Positions 8,701 to 20,200 of a DNA stretch of 64,000 nt are shown here, one piece after another. Both the position numbers and the translations under genes were made by a program. The DNA comes from a virus. Positions within the stretch are counted from its first letter, which is position 1. Each line of letters begins with the position of its first letter. The stretch spans positions 50,192-114,191 of the IMG/VR virus record IMGVR_UViG_3300044712_000083; one strand, 5' to 3'. The notes beneath the pieces are model-generated. The model ran no database searches and was not told the DNA's origin. It saw only the letters and a list, made by a program, of their open reading frames with translations.

Positions 8701-11278
8701 CACTTTCTGCTAACTCATCTGTATAAATAAGATTACCTAATTTGACAGCAACATCTTTGAATCTATCAGATGTTTTGATAAATAATCTCATTTCATCAGA
8801 AAACTCTGATAATTGTTTATCAGTTAATGACTTATCAAATACATCTCTGTCTTTGTATAGTAAGTTGTATTCATTGATGATACGCTCACCAGTGTTTCTT
8901 ATATTACGAATAACCTGAACAAGCTCACTTAGATCACCAGCTGTTTGTGTAATACGAATAGCTCTACTAAGAAGTGCAAGTCTTTCTTTTCTTAAGTCAC
9001 GATCTTCTTCTTTAACTTCTTCTTGTTCTGTCATTTTATATAACAATACAAGATCCGCTACAACTTCATCAAGATCAGTATCACCTGTAGATTCTAATTC
9101 TTCAGATACTGGCAATAAGTATAACTCATTCTCAACATCAATTCTACTAGCATCAACATCTCCAATAGAAATACTAGATAAACGTAAATCTGATTCAGGA
9201 TCTTTTCTATCCTTACGCTTGAACTCCATAGCAATTGGAATAGCTCTCACCATACCAAAGTCCTCAACTCCATATTGCTCACGCAAGATTTGACGATATC
9301 TACTCAACTGAATACCAAATGCACCTTGCTTAAACCAAGCAACATCATCTTGATCATTCTTAATGTGCATGAACTTCCAGTCAAGGATGTGTGTCTTACC
9401 AGAAGGTTCTATAGCTAAGAAGTCAATTGTACCAGCCTCATCTGCAATAGGATCATAGATTACAACCTCAGATAAGATTAATGTATCTTTATCAAGTGTA
9501 TCTATTAATTCTAAATAGTAGTTCTCTAGTTCTTCATACATTCCATATGAAGGAAGATTAATCTCTTCTTGACTAGGAGCTTCTAAAGGTTTTGTTCTTC
9601 TAGTTCCATCTTCATTAAAGTATCTTCTATGGATTTCTTCTAAGTCTAAGTGACCAGCAATACCATAAGTTCTCTTTAATTCATTGAACTTCTTCTCTAT
9701 GTCTGTAAACTCTTTTTTAGGAAACTTCTTATTATACCAAGCTTTAACACGGTCTGTTACACGATTAGCAATTTTCTTAGCACTAGCTTGATTCTCATAC
9801 CAGTTAGTAGCTTCTTCTGTATCTAATAGAATAGGATCAGCCTTTTCATCAGAGTATTTCTTTTTAATAAGATTCTTTGTATCCTCGATGTTCTTTATAA
9901 TTTGCTCTTGAGCAGCAGTTACTGACTTCTGATAGAATACACCATTTGCTTGTAATTGATCTACAGTACCAATGTCTCCTGTAATAATCTGTTGAGCAGC
10001 CTCCTCAAACAAAGACATATCTGTCTTACGATATTGTCCATTGATGAAATCCATAATAGCATTCCACCATCTACGAATCATAGACAGGTTCTCTCTTTCA
10101 AGAAGCTCTGGGTATTGTTGTGAGTTGTCTAGGCTATTGATTATAACCTCAGCGATCAATTTATCTACAGCTTCCTTCTTGATCTTACGAATATCAGGTT
10201 TACCATTTGGTAACTGATAGTCTGGATCATTCTTGTAGGCTTCTAGCACTTCTTTATAGATGGCAAAGCGATCAATCTTAGAGATCATTTCTGTTACCAT
10301 AGAAGGATTCATGATCTCTATCATTGCTGTAGCAACGTGCACAACCTCTTCTGTTAATGCTTGTCCTTCTTTACCATCAGCAATAGCAATAACACGTCTT
10401 ACTAAGTCAGCAAGACCAGTGATATCATTACGCTTAAGTCCAGTTGATTTCATGTAATCAGATAACTTCTGGATAGGTACACCCATCTTCTCAGCTATCT
10501 TCTTAAGTTTTTCTAAAGCTTGCTCAGATGCTACAGACTGACGCATTGGTCCTTTCTTCTGATAGGATGTAGCAGAAGAAGCTGATTTATTAGTTGCTAC
10601 AAACTTTCTAAATCCTTCTATATCTTTTGCAGAACCTAGTATATGAATTTGTTCTGGATCAAATACAGTGACATCATTCTTTGTTACCTTCTCACCATTA
10701 ACATTATACTTAATTGGTAGAATTATAGAATCTTTTTTAGCTGCCTTTAATCTTTTTTCATTTGGTGAAGTAGGACTACCAAATTTTTTTTCACGCATTT
10801 CATCAAAGCCTTCTATTGTTGGTACTATAGTATATGGAGATTTAACATCTAAGATTGCTTGATATACTCTTCCTTTTCCATCTTCACCAATATAAGAAGA
10901 AGTTATTCTTTTACTAGGTGTAAAAAATATACCAGATGTAGTTCCATTAGATGGATCACTCATCTCCCAACCTTCTGAAAATGGCTTTTTAAAAACTTCA
11001 ATATTAGTAGCTTTACTTCCGTGATATAAAATATCTTTTACTTGACTATCAGGAAAGATAGTATCTAAGTATGCAGAGTATTCTTCTTCATCACCAATCT
11101 CAGCTAGTTCAGGAGTAGATGAGAATACACTAGCTACTCCTGGTTTAACTGTTGGTATATATTCTTCTTGAGGAACTTCTCCTTCATATATATCCCATAG
11201 GAAATATGCTATATCGTTTCCTCTAGCTGCTACTAACTGATTCCAAGAATCTAAATTTTTATTTGGACAAGTTGCCAT
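5753..11278 (-). CDS. Large cargo/ejection protein: N-terminal ART-like (polyvalent-type) domain, degenerate zincin, PD-(D/E)xK nuclease, C-terminal hydrophobic helix
   Basis: LYHGS...GIFFTP...VFDPEQI (ART-like), EEVVH, GxAGH...AGTIDFL...ILDWKF...QLSRY (RecB/Cas4-like nuclease) and LGILFTLMTILFTGGFGLI. It follows the RNAP gene, as in crAss-like phages. Confidence 0.7.
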   Translation of the reverse strand: MATCPNKNLDSWNQLVAARGNDIAYFLWDIYEGEVPQEEYIPTVKPGVASVFSSTPELAEIGDEEEYSAYLDTIFPDSQVKDILYHGSKATNIEVFKKPFSEGWEMSDPSNGTTSGIFFTPSKRITSSYIGEDGKGRVYQAILDVKSPYTIVPTIEGFDEMREKKFGSPTSPNEKRLKAAKKDSIILPIKYNVNGEKVTKNDVTVFDPEQIHILGSAKDIEGFRKFVATNKSASSATSYQKKGPMRQSVASEQALEKLKKIAEKMGVPIQKLSDYMKSTGLKRNDITGLADLVRRVIAIADGKEGQALTEEVVHVATAMIEIMNPSMVTEMISKIDRFAIYKEVLEAYKNDPDYQLPNGKPDIRKIKKEAVDKLIAEVIINSLDNSQQYPELLERENLSMIRRWWNAIMDFINGQYRKTDMSLFEEAAQQIITGDIGTVDQLQANGVFYQKSVTAAQEQIIKNIEDTKNLIKKKYSDEKADPILLDTEEATNWYENQASAKKIANRVTDRVKAWYNKKFPKKEFTDIEKKFNELKRTYGIAGHLDLEEIHRRYFNEDGTRRTKPLEAPSQEEINLPSYGMYEELENYYLELIDTLDKDTLILSEVVIYDPIADEAGTIDFLAIEPSGKTHILDWKFMHIKNDQDDVAWFKQGAFGIQLSRYRQILREQYGVEDFGMVRAIPIAMEFKRKDRKDPESDLRLSSISIGDVDASRIDVENELYLLPVSEELESTGDTDLDEVVADLVLLYKMTEQEEVKEEDRDLRKERLALLSRAIRITQTAGDLSELVQVIRNIRNTGERIINEYNLLYKDRDVFDKSLTDKQLSEFSDEMRLFIKTSDRFKDVAVKLGNLIYTDELAESAKTKEEKKQVAERKRVLEELTLEASAIARTQQSVKKLLIGKGGFGDKYIGWRNLVGGLMDPEAVIKGISSWFRGVSDLGSKSLQILFKVTQAAENKASKDGIALVNELLEIRKELMEGGNVMEKIRSIYQKDDEGKRMNNLVYVYTKEFREAVDKNANDPEGGDKNWLLNNIDVEAYKKEAAEVLDRQIKSIERNNPGNDDETIKRRKFLIEQQKRKYDIDRVDFDGWNNYIVKRHPLEKWYSEEYKRIMQDPGLLKLYNFIEKVNNIAAEEGYISNMIKKTFLPFVAKTMAEEVAFDGVGSAIANFYENLGKIGDDLRITSKDVGLGEINQFTQQIENGIPKYYTKDFTKKEAGDTTDFSQISEDIFANLVLYIQHVQKYKYLKEVSGQLKLLSTIEEFKGHLQTTRLGDVVTKEDGTPVVITTENKENTETYDNFYKALVLQQRYPLSDADTAIGNPMNIIKRLINKAAGREVYKENPTPLSAVKTMEKINKWYQLKALGLDPFSGLANLFGANIQMSALAGTYFKSREFLSSEADLMSGIFQNEESAETFVQLMETFMPLKDSPFKKLYEEAGISALTRANLGDMLMFFMRKPEEFIDKAVFLTLMKNSMVVDGNIVNIKQYVSAKYQNRADSSALYRESKKKINEEIEELKKTKSMWVTKRLENGKLVIPGLDLNNLDETQRLTNLSRNIARSITGNLSNGDINKAGMNIWARSAMVFQNWIPRLVDVRFSEFKKTSDDFSVRIDPVTGKVTGERYDIGRLRLLTTVWVTSVRDLSSNITNILTANEKGMAIIDELFLKYKKEWKDRTGTEMNMSKADFTDMIVNNLRNQIKELGILFTLMTILFTGGFGLIAPDDDDDKATKNAKRYTERMLNKFTDELSFFYNPMEIERILSGDKLPALGLFADVFKFAGQLGQEITGQDFDAETTPEEVRKKVYPIKTLMKLTPGFKPVINLGASFSNDFAKEFDITIQAENNMR

Positions 11279-11279
11279 A

Positions 11280-14200
11280 TTAACAGATTAAATCATTTAG
11301 AATTTTACCAATTTCCTTTATGGAGAAGCCAGCAGCTAGTAAGTTCTCTGCAGTTACATCAGCTTTATTCCAAGGCTTACCTCTTAATAGAACTGTTTCT
11401 TCAGCAGTAGGATTCTCAACTACAGCATCTCCTTGATCACCGCGTAATTCATCTCTAACTTCCATAATTATTTTTGAGAATCTTCCTTTATCTTGTTCTA
11501 CACCACCAAGCTTATGTGTAATTTCCATGTTGCCTGTTTCTAATAACTTCTCTAACTTGTCTGGATTCTGAGTGAATGATTCAGTCATTAACTTCTTCAT
11601 CACTTTGTTGTAAGCACCATCCCACTGTTTAGTGTTCAAGTCTTTGATTCCTTCACCAATCTTCTTAGCGTTGTAACCATTTGCTTTAACTAATGAATCT
11701 AAAGTCTTTTGCTGATCAGCAGTTAGTTTACGAGTCTTTAAGTAACTGTTTGTATATAACAATTTAGATGCTTGTAATGCTCCTTCTACAGTTAAGAATA
11801 CTTTATACTTTCCTGCAATTAATGTACGGAAACGCTTAAAGGCAAAGTTACTTAAATCTTTGTATTCTCCACTAGTAAACATTACATTTATTTTTTCAAC
11901 ATCTTCTGTCTGCTCATTCTGTACAGGAGTTCCTAAAGACTTGTCAAAATAGTAAAGTACATTCTCATCTGTAACTTCTGATTTAGAAATACGTTGACCT
12001 TTGCTGTTCTGTGCATTTACAACTTTGATGTATCCATTGTCAATTACAGAAGCTCTATTTGTGTCATAGTATTCATTAGCTCTGAAACCATCACCCAAAG
12101 CATTGATCATCTTATAGATGTAGCTCTTGTATGTTTTACCATCACTACCAATGTTTGTTCTCATGTAAGGTTTTCCATCTGCATCTTTAACACGTTGGAA
12201 CAATCCTTTATATATAAATGAATAGTCTCCTTTAGCTCTCATTGCAAACTTCTGCTTTGATGTAAGCTTAGGATCTTCCCATGTATATGTAATCACATCA
12301 CTATTAGACTCTTTGCTAAATGCAGAGATCTTAATGATCATTGGTAAGTTCTTGAATGCTACAGCTTGCTTCACTGATTTAGGAAGGATAAGATCAGGAT
12401 TAAACTTACGACCTGTAGCTTCACTAACTTTATACTTACCACGCTTAGTAGGTACAACATCGCTATTGTTCCAGTTGTTTCTTTGGAAAGCATTCATTGT
12501 ATAGAAATCATCCAAGTTTGTCATCTTATCAATCTTAGATAAGGCAGCATTGTAGATATCTGTAAAGTCCTCATAAGGAAGTAAAGATGTAAATGAAATA
12601 GGAGATGATGTAAGACCTGACTGTAGAACAGCTACGTTAACTAAGTTCTTGTATAGATCTTCGTTCTCTCTTCCTTTCAAATAATTCTTGATCTCTTCAA
12701 ATGCATAGATGATTTGGTTTTGATCGTACACCTTGTTATCCTTATTGATAATCTGAATGTTATATACGTTGCTACCATCTTGATCAATGGAAGTCATACG
12801 TAACGAGTTGATTACCTGATTGTTATAAAGATCATGAGTTGGATTAGCTTTAACTTCATTCACAAAGTTCATCATCTTATTAGCAAAGTTTTCCTTATCG
12901 CTAATTAATAACTCAGGAATAAACGCTGCCATATTACCATCAACTTGTACAGCCCAGTCAAATAAACTCTTAACTGCCATCTGTGCAACCTTAGTAAAGT
13001 CTCTATCTGACATATCTACATATGGCTCAAGAACACGGTGCATCAACGGTCTAATGTTTCCTGAATCAGAGATTAGGAACTTAGCAAGACCATCTCTAAT
13101 TTCTTTGATGTAGTCATATAGATTTTTGATGAATGATTCTTCCATCAACATATCTACACCAGGAACAACTGTACCCTCACTGTTTAATGATGAGAACATT
13201 GTACCTTGAGCTTTGTCAAGTTGCATTTGCTTCTTGAATACAATGAATGGATCATTGATTGTAGCTGTGTCAAAGTTAGAACCTTGTGTCACTTGATATA
13301 AGTGATTAGCCATTCTAGCATACTTCAAGAACTCCTTCAACATGTATCTCTGCTCAGCTTTCTCTGATGAAGTAAGTTTAGAAACTTTCTTACCAACTAA
13401 ACCTGCAAGAGTATCCGCATCAGGAATCTTTGTAGATTTCTCTGACATAGTAGAAGAGTAATCATTTAGAGTATCTTCTAATACACCATCATTGAACAAC
13501 CAACTATATCCTTGGCTTTCTAACTTACGTAAGAAGTCACGAATGATTGGTTGGTTCATGAACATAGCTACATCACGAATAGGTACACCAGCCTTAACTA
13601 AGAACATCCAAGTGGAGGCTACGTTAGGAGTAGCACCAAGTTCCATAATCCATGGACCTTTTGCAATATCCACATAACCATCAATGAACTGTCCTAAGAT
13701 GTCAGAGATGTATTCTTTAGCTTTGTTCTTAATCATTGACAAAGTAACAACCTTTCCTAATGTAGGATGATCAACTTCATTCTTCATCTCAAAGTTAATC
13801 ACACCATCTCCTAACCACATTTGATCTTCTTCAGACATGTTCTCTATCTTAGGTCTATCTAAGAACATGAACATACGCTGATTGTTAGCATGGTTAGTTT
13901 GGTTAACAGCAGCAATACCAATTGCATACTTACCTGTAACAAACGCATGACGAAGCTTAGACATAAACTCTCTGCTCAACATGTTTCCTGGAGAAGAGTA
14001 GTCTATCTCTTGAATACCAAGTAAACCATTAATCTCAGTTGCTAAACCTTTCAATTGATCAGCTGAGTTAGGTTTAGTTAACTGCTCAAAGTTCTCAGGA
14101 GATGTAACTAGATTCTCAGAAGATTGAATGTAAGCGTTCTGTAGAGATTTTTTATATAATGAATCAATTACAGCTTCTCTTTTTTCTACAGCAGTTATTG

Positions 14201-17200
14201 CTGCTTTTAAATCGCCTTCAATAAATGATTCTTTTTGAGCTTCTTCAAATAACTCATCATATAAAGATGCTTCATCTTTATTCATTGAATCGTACATCTC
14301 AGCAAACTTAGCTCTTGCTTCTTTACCAATTCCATAGAAAGGAATTACTTCAGGATAACCATTCTTGCCTGTACGCAAGTTTTTGAAGTAAATACTCAAC
14401 TTATCTATGTCAAAGTCAGATCCTGCTTTCTGTACAAGTGGTCCTGGAACAATTACAGAGTCACCAAACTCTGCTGGTAAGAACTTAGCAATACGGAATG
14501 CATCAATAGAGTTTTGCTTTTGTGTAGGAATACGGAATGCAATACCAGTGATAGCAGCTAATTGAGCTTTACCTTCTTCAGTGTTATTGAAGTAGTTCAT
14601 CAACTCCTCATCTGTCTTATCAGACTTAAACCAACGACCAACCATAATCTCACATACACGCTGACCATCATCATCTACATAGAATTTCAACACCTCAGAT
14701 ATGTATGCTTTACCTTTAACAGGATCTTTCTTAGCATTAACTGTTTCTAATAGACGAGAAGACATCTGTACCTTTTGACCACCAGTAATCTTTGGAGAGA
14801 TAACTGTAGAATCTGCAATAGAATACAAGATGTTTCTAAGTTGATCATACGCAGGCGTAGCCTCCATGATAACTTGTCCAGCTCTCATTCCTTCTAAAGC
14901 AGAGATCACATTATCGTTTACATCACGACTAGCAATTGAACTAGTTAATAAATCAATTACTTTATCAATGTTCGAAACAACATAACCATCCTTAGTTTTA
15001 GTAAGTCCTAACTTCTTTAATAATGTTTGGTAGCCAGTTTCTGTAATGGCTTCTAAAAGAGCTTGATTGTTTTTAATCTCTTTGTAAAGCTTAGACGCAG
15101 TTTCTTTATTTGTTTCTTGTGACCAAGCAATGAAACGCTCTTCAAACTCTTTACCTGGCATATAGTCTACAGGAACTCCTCCAGCCATAAAGTCCATAGT
15201 GATTAACTTTGTAGCTTGTGATCCACGAGTTACAATGTCTTCACTCTTAGAAGGAACTTCTGATTGAATATCAATGATACCAAAAGGAACATTAACAATC
15301 CCTTTGAACTTAGCGGTGTTCATTGCACCAGACTTATCATATAGATCATTAACTTGCTCAGCACCAACCTTTCTACCACTAGCATATACAGCATAGTCAA
15401 TATCTTCAGCTATCATCTTATCATATAGCTTAAGAGCATTGGTAGAATTAACTAAGTTACCTGCTTCATCCTTCTCACTTAACTCATGTAAAATACGATA
15501 TGATAGAGGGAATAATGCAAACTTGTCTAGCATTATATCATTGTAATCTTTACCATTATCTTTGTTACCACGAGAGATAGGCTTCAATGGAGTGTATGCA
15601 CTCTTGACACCAGGATTTCCTTTAGCAAGAAGTTCTTCTTCTTGTGGACTTAGCTTTTGTTTCTTATCACGCTTCTCCCACGCAATATCATAACGATACT
15701 GACGCTCTTCTGCACTATTCCATTCTCCAGCACGAATTCTAAACTTACGATGTGCAGGGAATGTAATCATACCACCACCATCAGTTTCATCATATGCTTT
15801 CCCCATGTATCCTTTAAGATCATGGATAGCTTTAACGTCTGCTAATGTAATAGTTCTGAAGTGATCACGAATGAAATTACTATAGCCAATTCCACCTTTC
15901 TCAAAGCCTTCATTGTATACACGCTCCATAGCCTTGTTCATCTTAGGGCTACCAGCCATAATCTTTTGACCTGGAGAGTTGAAGTTCTTGATACGCTTTA
16001 ATTCATCAGCATACTGATAAGGATCAGAATACAATAACTTATGCAATTCAATATTAGCAATCATGTAGTTTGCTGTTTGGGCATACATGATTTTATTGAA
16101 TTGCTCTTTAGAAATTGTAGACTTAGTAATGAATGGTAGATCCTCTACCTTGTATGAGTTCTCATCTTTTGTAGACTCAGTTACAATCTCGTATTGTTTT
16201 AATACGTTTTCTGTAAATGCATTTGCATCTTTAGTAATGAAATTAACAATAGCTTTATTAATTTCTTTCTCGTACTTCTCGTAAACTTTTTCTATAGAAC
16301 CTTCAGCATTAACAATCTTATCATGTAAAGCATTGCGTTCTGTTTCAGTCTTAGCAGCATCATCAGCTAAAATAGCTTTGAAGAAACGTAAATCTTTCTT
16401 GCTACGAGTTTCTTGTTTGTTCTGTACAAAGGTACGATTTGTATCACGAGATAAGCTAAGCTCATCCATGAAGTAACCTTTGAAGATGTTTAACACTTCT
16501 TCTGGATCTTTTGCTGTTACATGTTTACCCATGTAGTTCATCCACTCCATAGAAGCATCGCCTGGAACAAGACTTAGGAAGTATCCTGCTTCATTCAAGT
16601 TCATTTCAAGAATAGTACGCTCTTTGAAGTTTAACTTAGATGAAGGTTTCTTCTTGTTAGTAACAGCATTGTTCATACCATCAGCAACACCTGGCTTGAA
16701 ATATCTCTCTGAATTTTCCTTACGAAAACCTTTAGACGTAAACATTGATTTAATCAATACAGAGTTTCTTGCAAAGTCATCTGTAAGAATATATGAATAA
16801 CGTGTGTCACGTAACTCTTCTAAGTTATCAATCTTTGATAATACATCAAACAATTCACTAGCAGCATTTGGTCCAATGAATGTCTGTGTCTTCTCACCAT
16901 TAATGTTGTAGTATGTACTACTAAATTCAGGGTTATCAATCTTAGCCTTAAGTTCAGATAGAGTGTTCAGACGACCATCAATATCCAAAGTCTTTCCTTG
17001 GTTACTAATAATCTTACTTCCTTTAGAAATACTTTCATAAATACCTTTTACAGCATCATCAAAGTTCTTTCTATCTTGAACATTAAGTCTATCAACTTCA
17101 GAACGAGTGAAACCTTTAATTCCTAAATTATTTAAGAATGCTATTTGACCAGCAGTTTTCTTAAGATCAACTTTAGATAAACTACCTTTCTTACCTACAT

Positions 17201-20200
17201 AATTAACGCCTGACTTCTGAATGTATAATGATCCAGTTCTTGCTCGGTTAGTTAAACCTGCAAGGAAGTCTTTCTTAACTTGTCTAGCAGCTGTAGAGAA
17301 GTTAGAATCACCCACTTGGATATCACCATTAGCAAGAATGTAAACGTTCTTTACATCAGGGTTTTGCTTCTTGAACAATCTCCAGAATGCATTAACTAAG
17401 TTAACATCACCTTCTGTTGCTAAATCAGATAAGTCTCCATTGTGTGTTAAACGATTAACAACTCTCTCGTAGTTCTTATCACGCTTTGCTAAGTCAGTAA
17501 GATTATCAATCATCTCCTCTACATTACGTGCACCTACTACAGCATTCTGAATAGTTACATAAGCTTGTGCTGTAGGGATCAAACGAACACCACCTAATGC
17601 TGTCTCAACAAATTCTCCTGTTACAGGATCTACTTGTGGTAAGCTAGAAATTAATAACTTAACTGCAGCGTTGGCTTTCTTCAAACTATCAATCTTATCA
17701 GCTTGTTGGTAATCTCCACGTCCTGAGTTATTCTCATCATTTAGAATAACATTATCGTTCTCATCAAACTCAATACCAAACTTCTTCAAGTATGAATCAA
17801 GTTCACTGAAGATGTTATCCCACTGTTGATTAACTACAGAAAGTAAATTGTTTTGATTAGTTACTAACTTAGTGTAAACATCTTCTTCAATCTTTTTACT
17901 ATTACGTAATTCTTTAAGTAACTCAATGTTTGTTTCAAATAATTCTAATGTGATGTCTTTAAGCTCATCATATAGAATGTCTTTGTTTACATTGTTAAAC
18001 TCAAAGAAGTTTGTATCTGGTCTTTCAAGAATAGAGATTACAGCTTCGAATGTCATGTTCTGCAAGATGTCATTCAATTGAGCACTTGTTAAACCTGCCA
18101 CACGATACTTACTTGCATTGTCTCCAAATGCATCTTCAATATCAATGATTCCCTTGTTAGCAAAAGACAAAGCAGATTCATTAGCACTTGATTGTGCATA
18201 GTATCCAGATCCCATTTGTTGGAAGATCTTCTCTAAGTTACTCTTGGCTTGAGGACCAACAAATAATTCTTTAATGAATTGCCATAAGTCAGCAAAGAAC
18301 TGAGCAATAGCAGACTTCTCTTTATTAGCAGCTACAGGACGCTTTCCGTATTGGAAGTAATCTCTAGCTTCTTCAGCCATCTGCTCTCTAATCTCATCAT
18401 TACTAGCTTTAGAATACTCTATAGTTCTACCAGTTTCTCTATCTACAAATGTTCCTGTTCTAGCTCTAAACTCAGCACGTAATGCAGAACGCTCTGCAGG
18501 AGTAGTGAACATGTCCATTACTGCCTCAAATGCCTCGTGATAGATTGAACCAACCTCAGCATTCTCAGCTAAGTAGATAGCAGAATCTTTCAACATACCA
18601 AAAGCTCTAACACCATTAGCACCTTGAATTAAATTCTTAACACGATATAAAGGAATAGTTGGGAAGTTAGCTTTCATAAATGCAGCTACCTTCTCCCAGT
18701 TCTCACCTTCGTAATGATTGATTGATTCTAATAATTTTGCAAGTCTATACTTAGAATTATTACGTCTAGACTTACGTCTTTCTTGTTTAAGTAATTGCTC
18801 AGCAGTTGGTTCTTCTGATGTTGTTTCTTCTTCAGCTGTTTCTAATGCTGCTAATTCTTCATCATATTTACTATTTATCCAGTCTACAGCCTCTTCATAA
18901 GTATCAAATATATCACTCTCCTTTGTAGTCTGATAGAAAGCACTAAATCTTCCATCAGCTCTAGGTTCTTTAGGAACAAAGTCAAACGGATCACCTGTGT
19001 CTTCTAAATTTTTTTCTCTTCTTCTTTCTATATCAGCTATAGCATCTGTAGTTTCTTCTTCGGTAACCTCTTCCTCTTCAACAACTTCTTCCTCAGCAAC
19101 TTCTTGTGGAGTTGTTTTATTCTGCATAAGCTGAGCAGAAATAATCAACTGTGTAGCAATTTTAAATAACTCCTCTGGTTCTAAATCTTTAGCTGTTTCA
19201 AAATCAAGAGGAGCGTCTGCAGGATATGCTATCTTAGCAATAGCAAATAACTTATTAACTGCTTCTTGATGTTCTGGATCAGATGCAACAGAACGCATCT
19301 CATCATTGATCTTAACGTCTACAGCATATCCATCACCTTCTTTTACAGCAGTGTATTCAATCTCACCCAAGTATGGATGTGATTCTAATTGAGTTGTATT
19401 TAAGTCCTTACCATTTGTTTTAGTAGGCTTAGGTTCTGATGTAGTCTTCTTAGGTTTATTTGCCTTGCTTGCTGGAGTTAACTTTTTACTAGCCATAGCT
19501 TTTCTATTACTAGCAGTAGCTTTCTTCTCAGCTTTCTTCTCAGCAGTTTCAACTTTACTTCTATAGTATTCACGCTTACCATTGATAGTAAAGTAGATTG
19601 AATCTCTATTGATATCTGTAGCAGCTTCAATAGGTTTTAATCTTGTAGCTAATGGAATATCTTCTGTAGCTCTAGCAGAACCATCTGGGTTTTTGTTAGA
19701 TAGTAAGAATGATTGATAGTTCTCCCATCTCACCTTTGTCAACTCACCTTCTTCATTTACACCAGTGATTTGGTAGTAAGGAGCATCCCAGTTCTTAGTA
19801 GCTTGTGTAGAGTTAACATTACCATACATTCCTTGGATGATAGCAATAATTCCTTCTTTGCGTCTTTCTAATTCTGTAGGAGTGAAAGGAATCTTTAATC
19901 CTTTACCAGACATAGACAACAATAATGAATCCTCTTCATCGTTTGCATACTCAAAGAATATACTACTGAAGCCAGGATCTTTTTTGTTTCCTTCGGAATC
20001 TTTAGGAGTTCCCCAATAAACTACAGTCTTTAACCATTCGATAATCTCTGGTGAATCAGATGATATAGCATTACCATCTTTGAAGATATTATTAGATAGA
20101 CGTAAGATCATCTCATAGATAACTTCAGCTTCTTTCTTGTTGAAGTTTCTATTAACTAATTTAGCAAGACCATTTCTTAATGCAAGAAGAGGCATACCAA

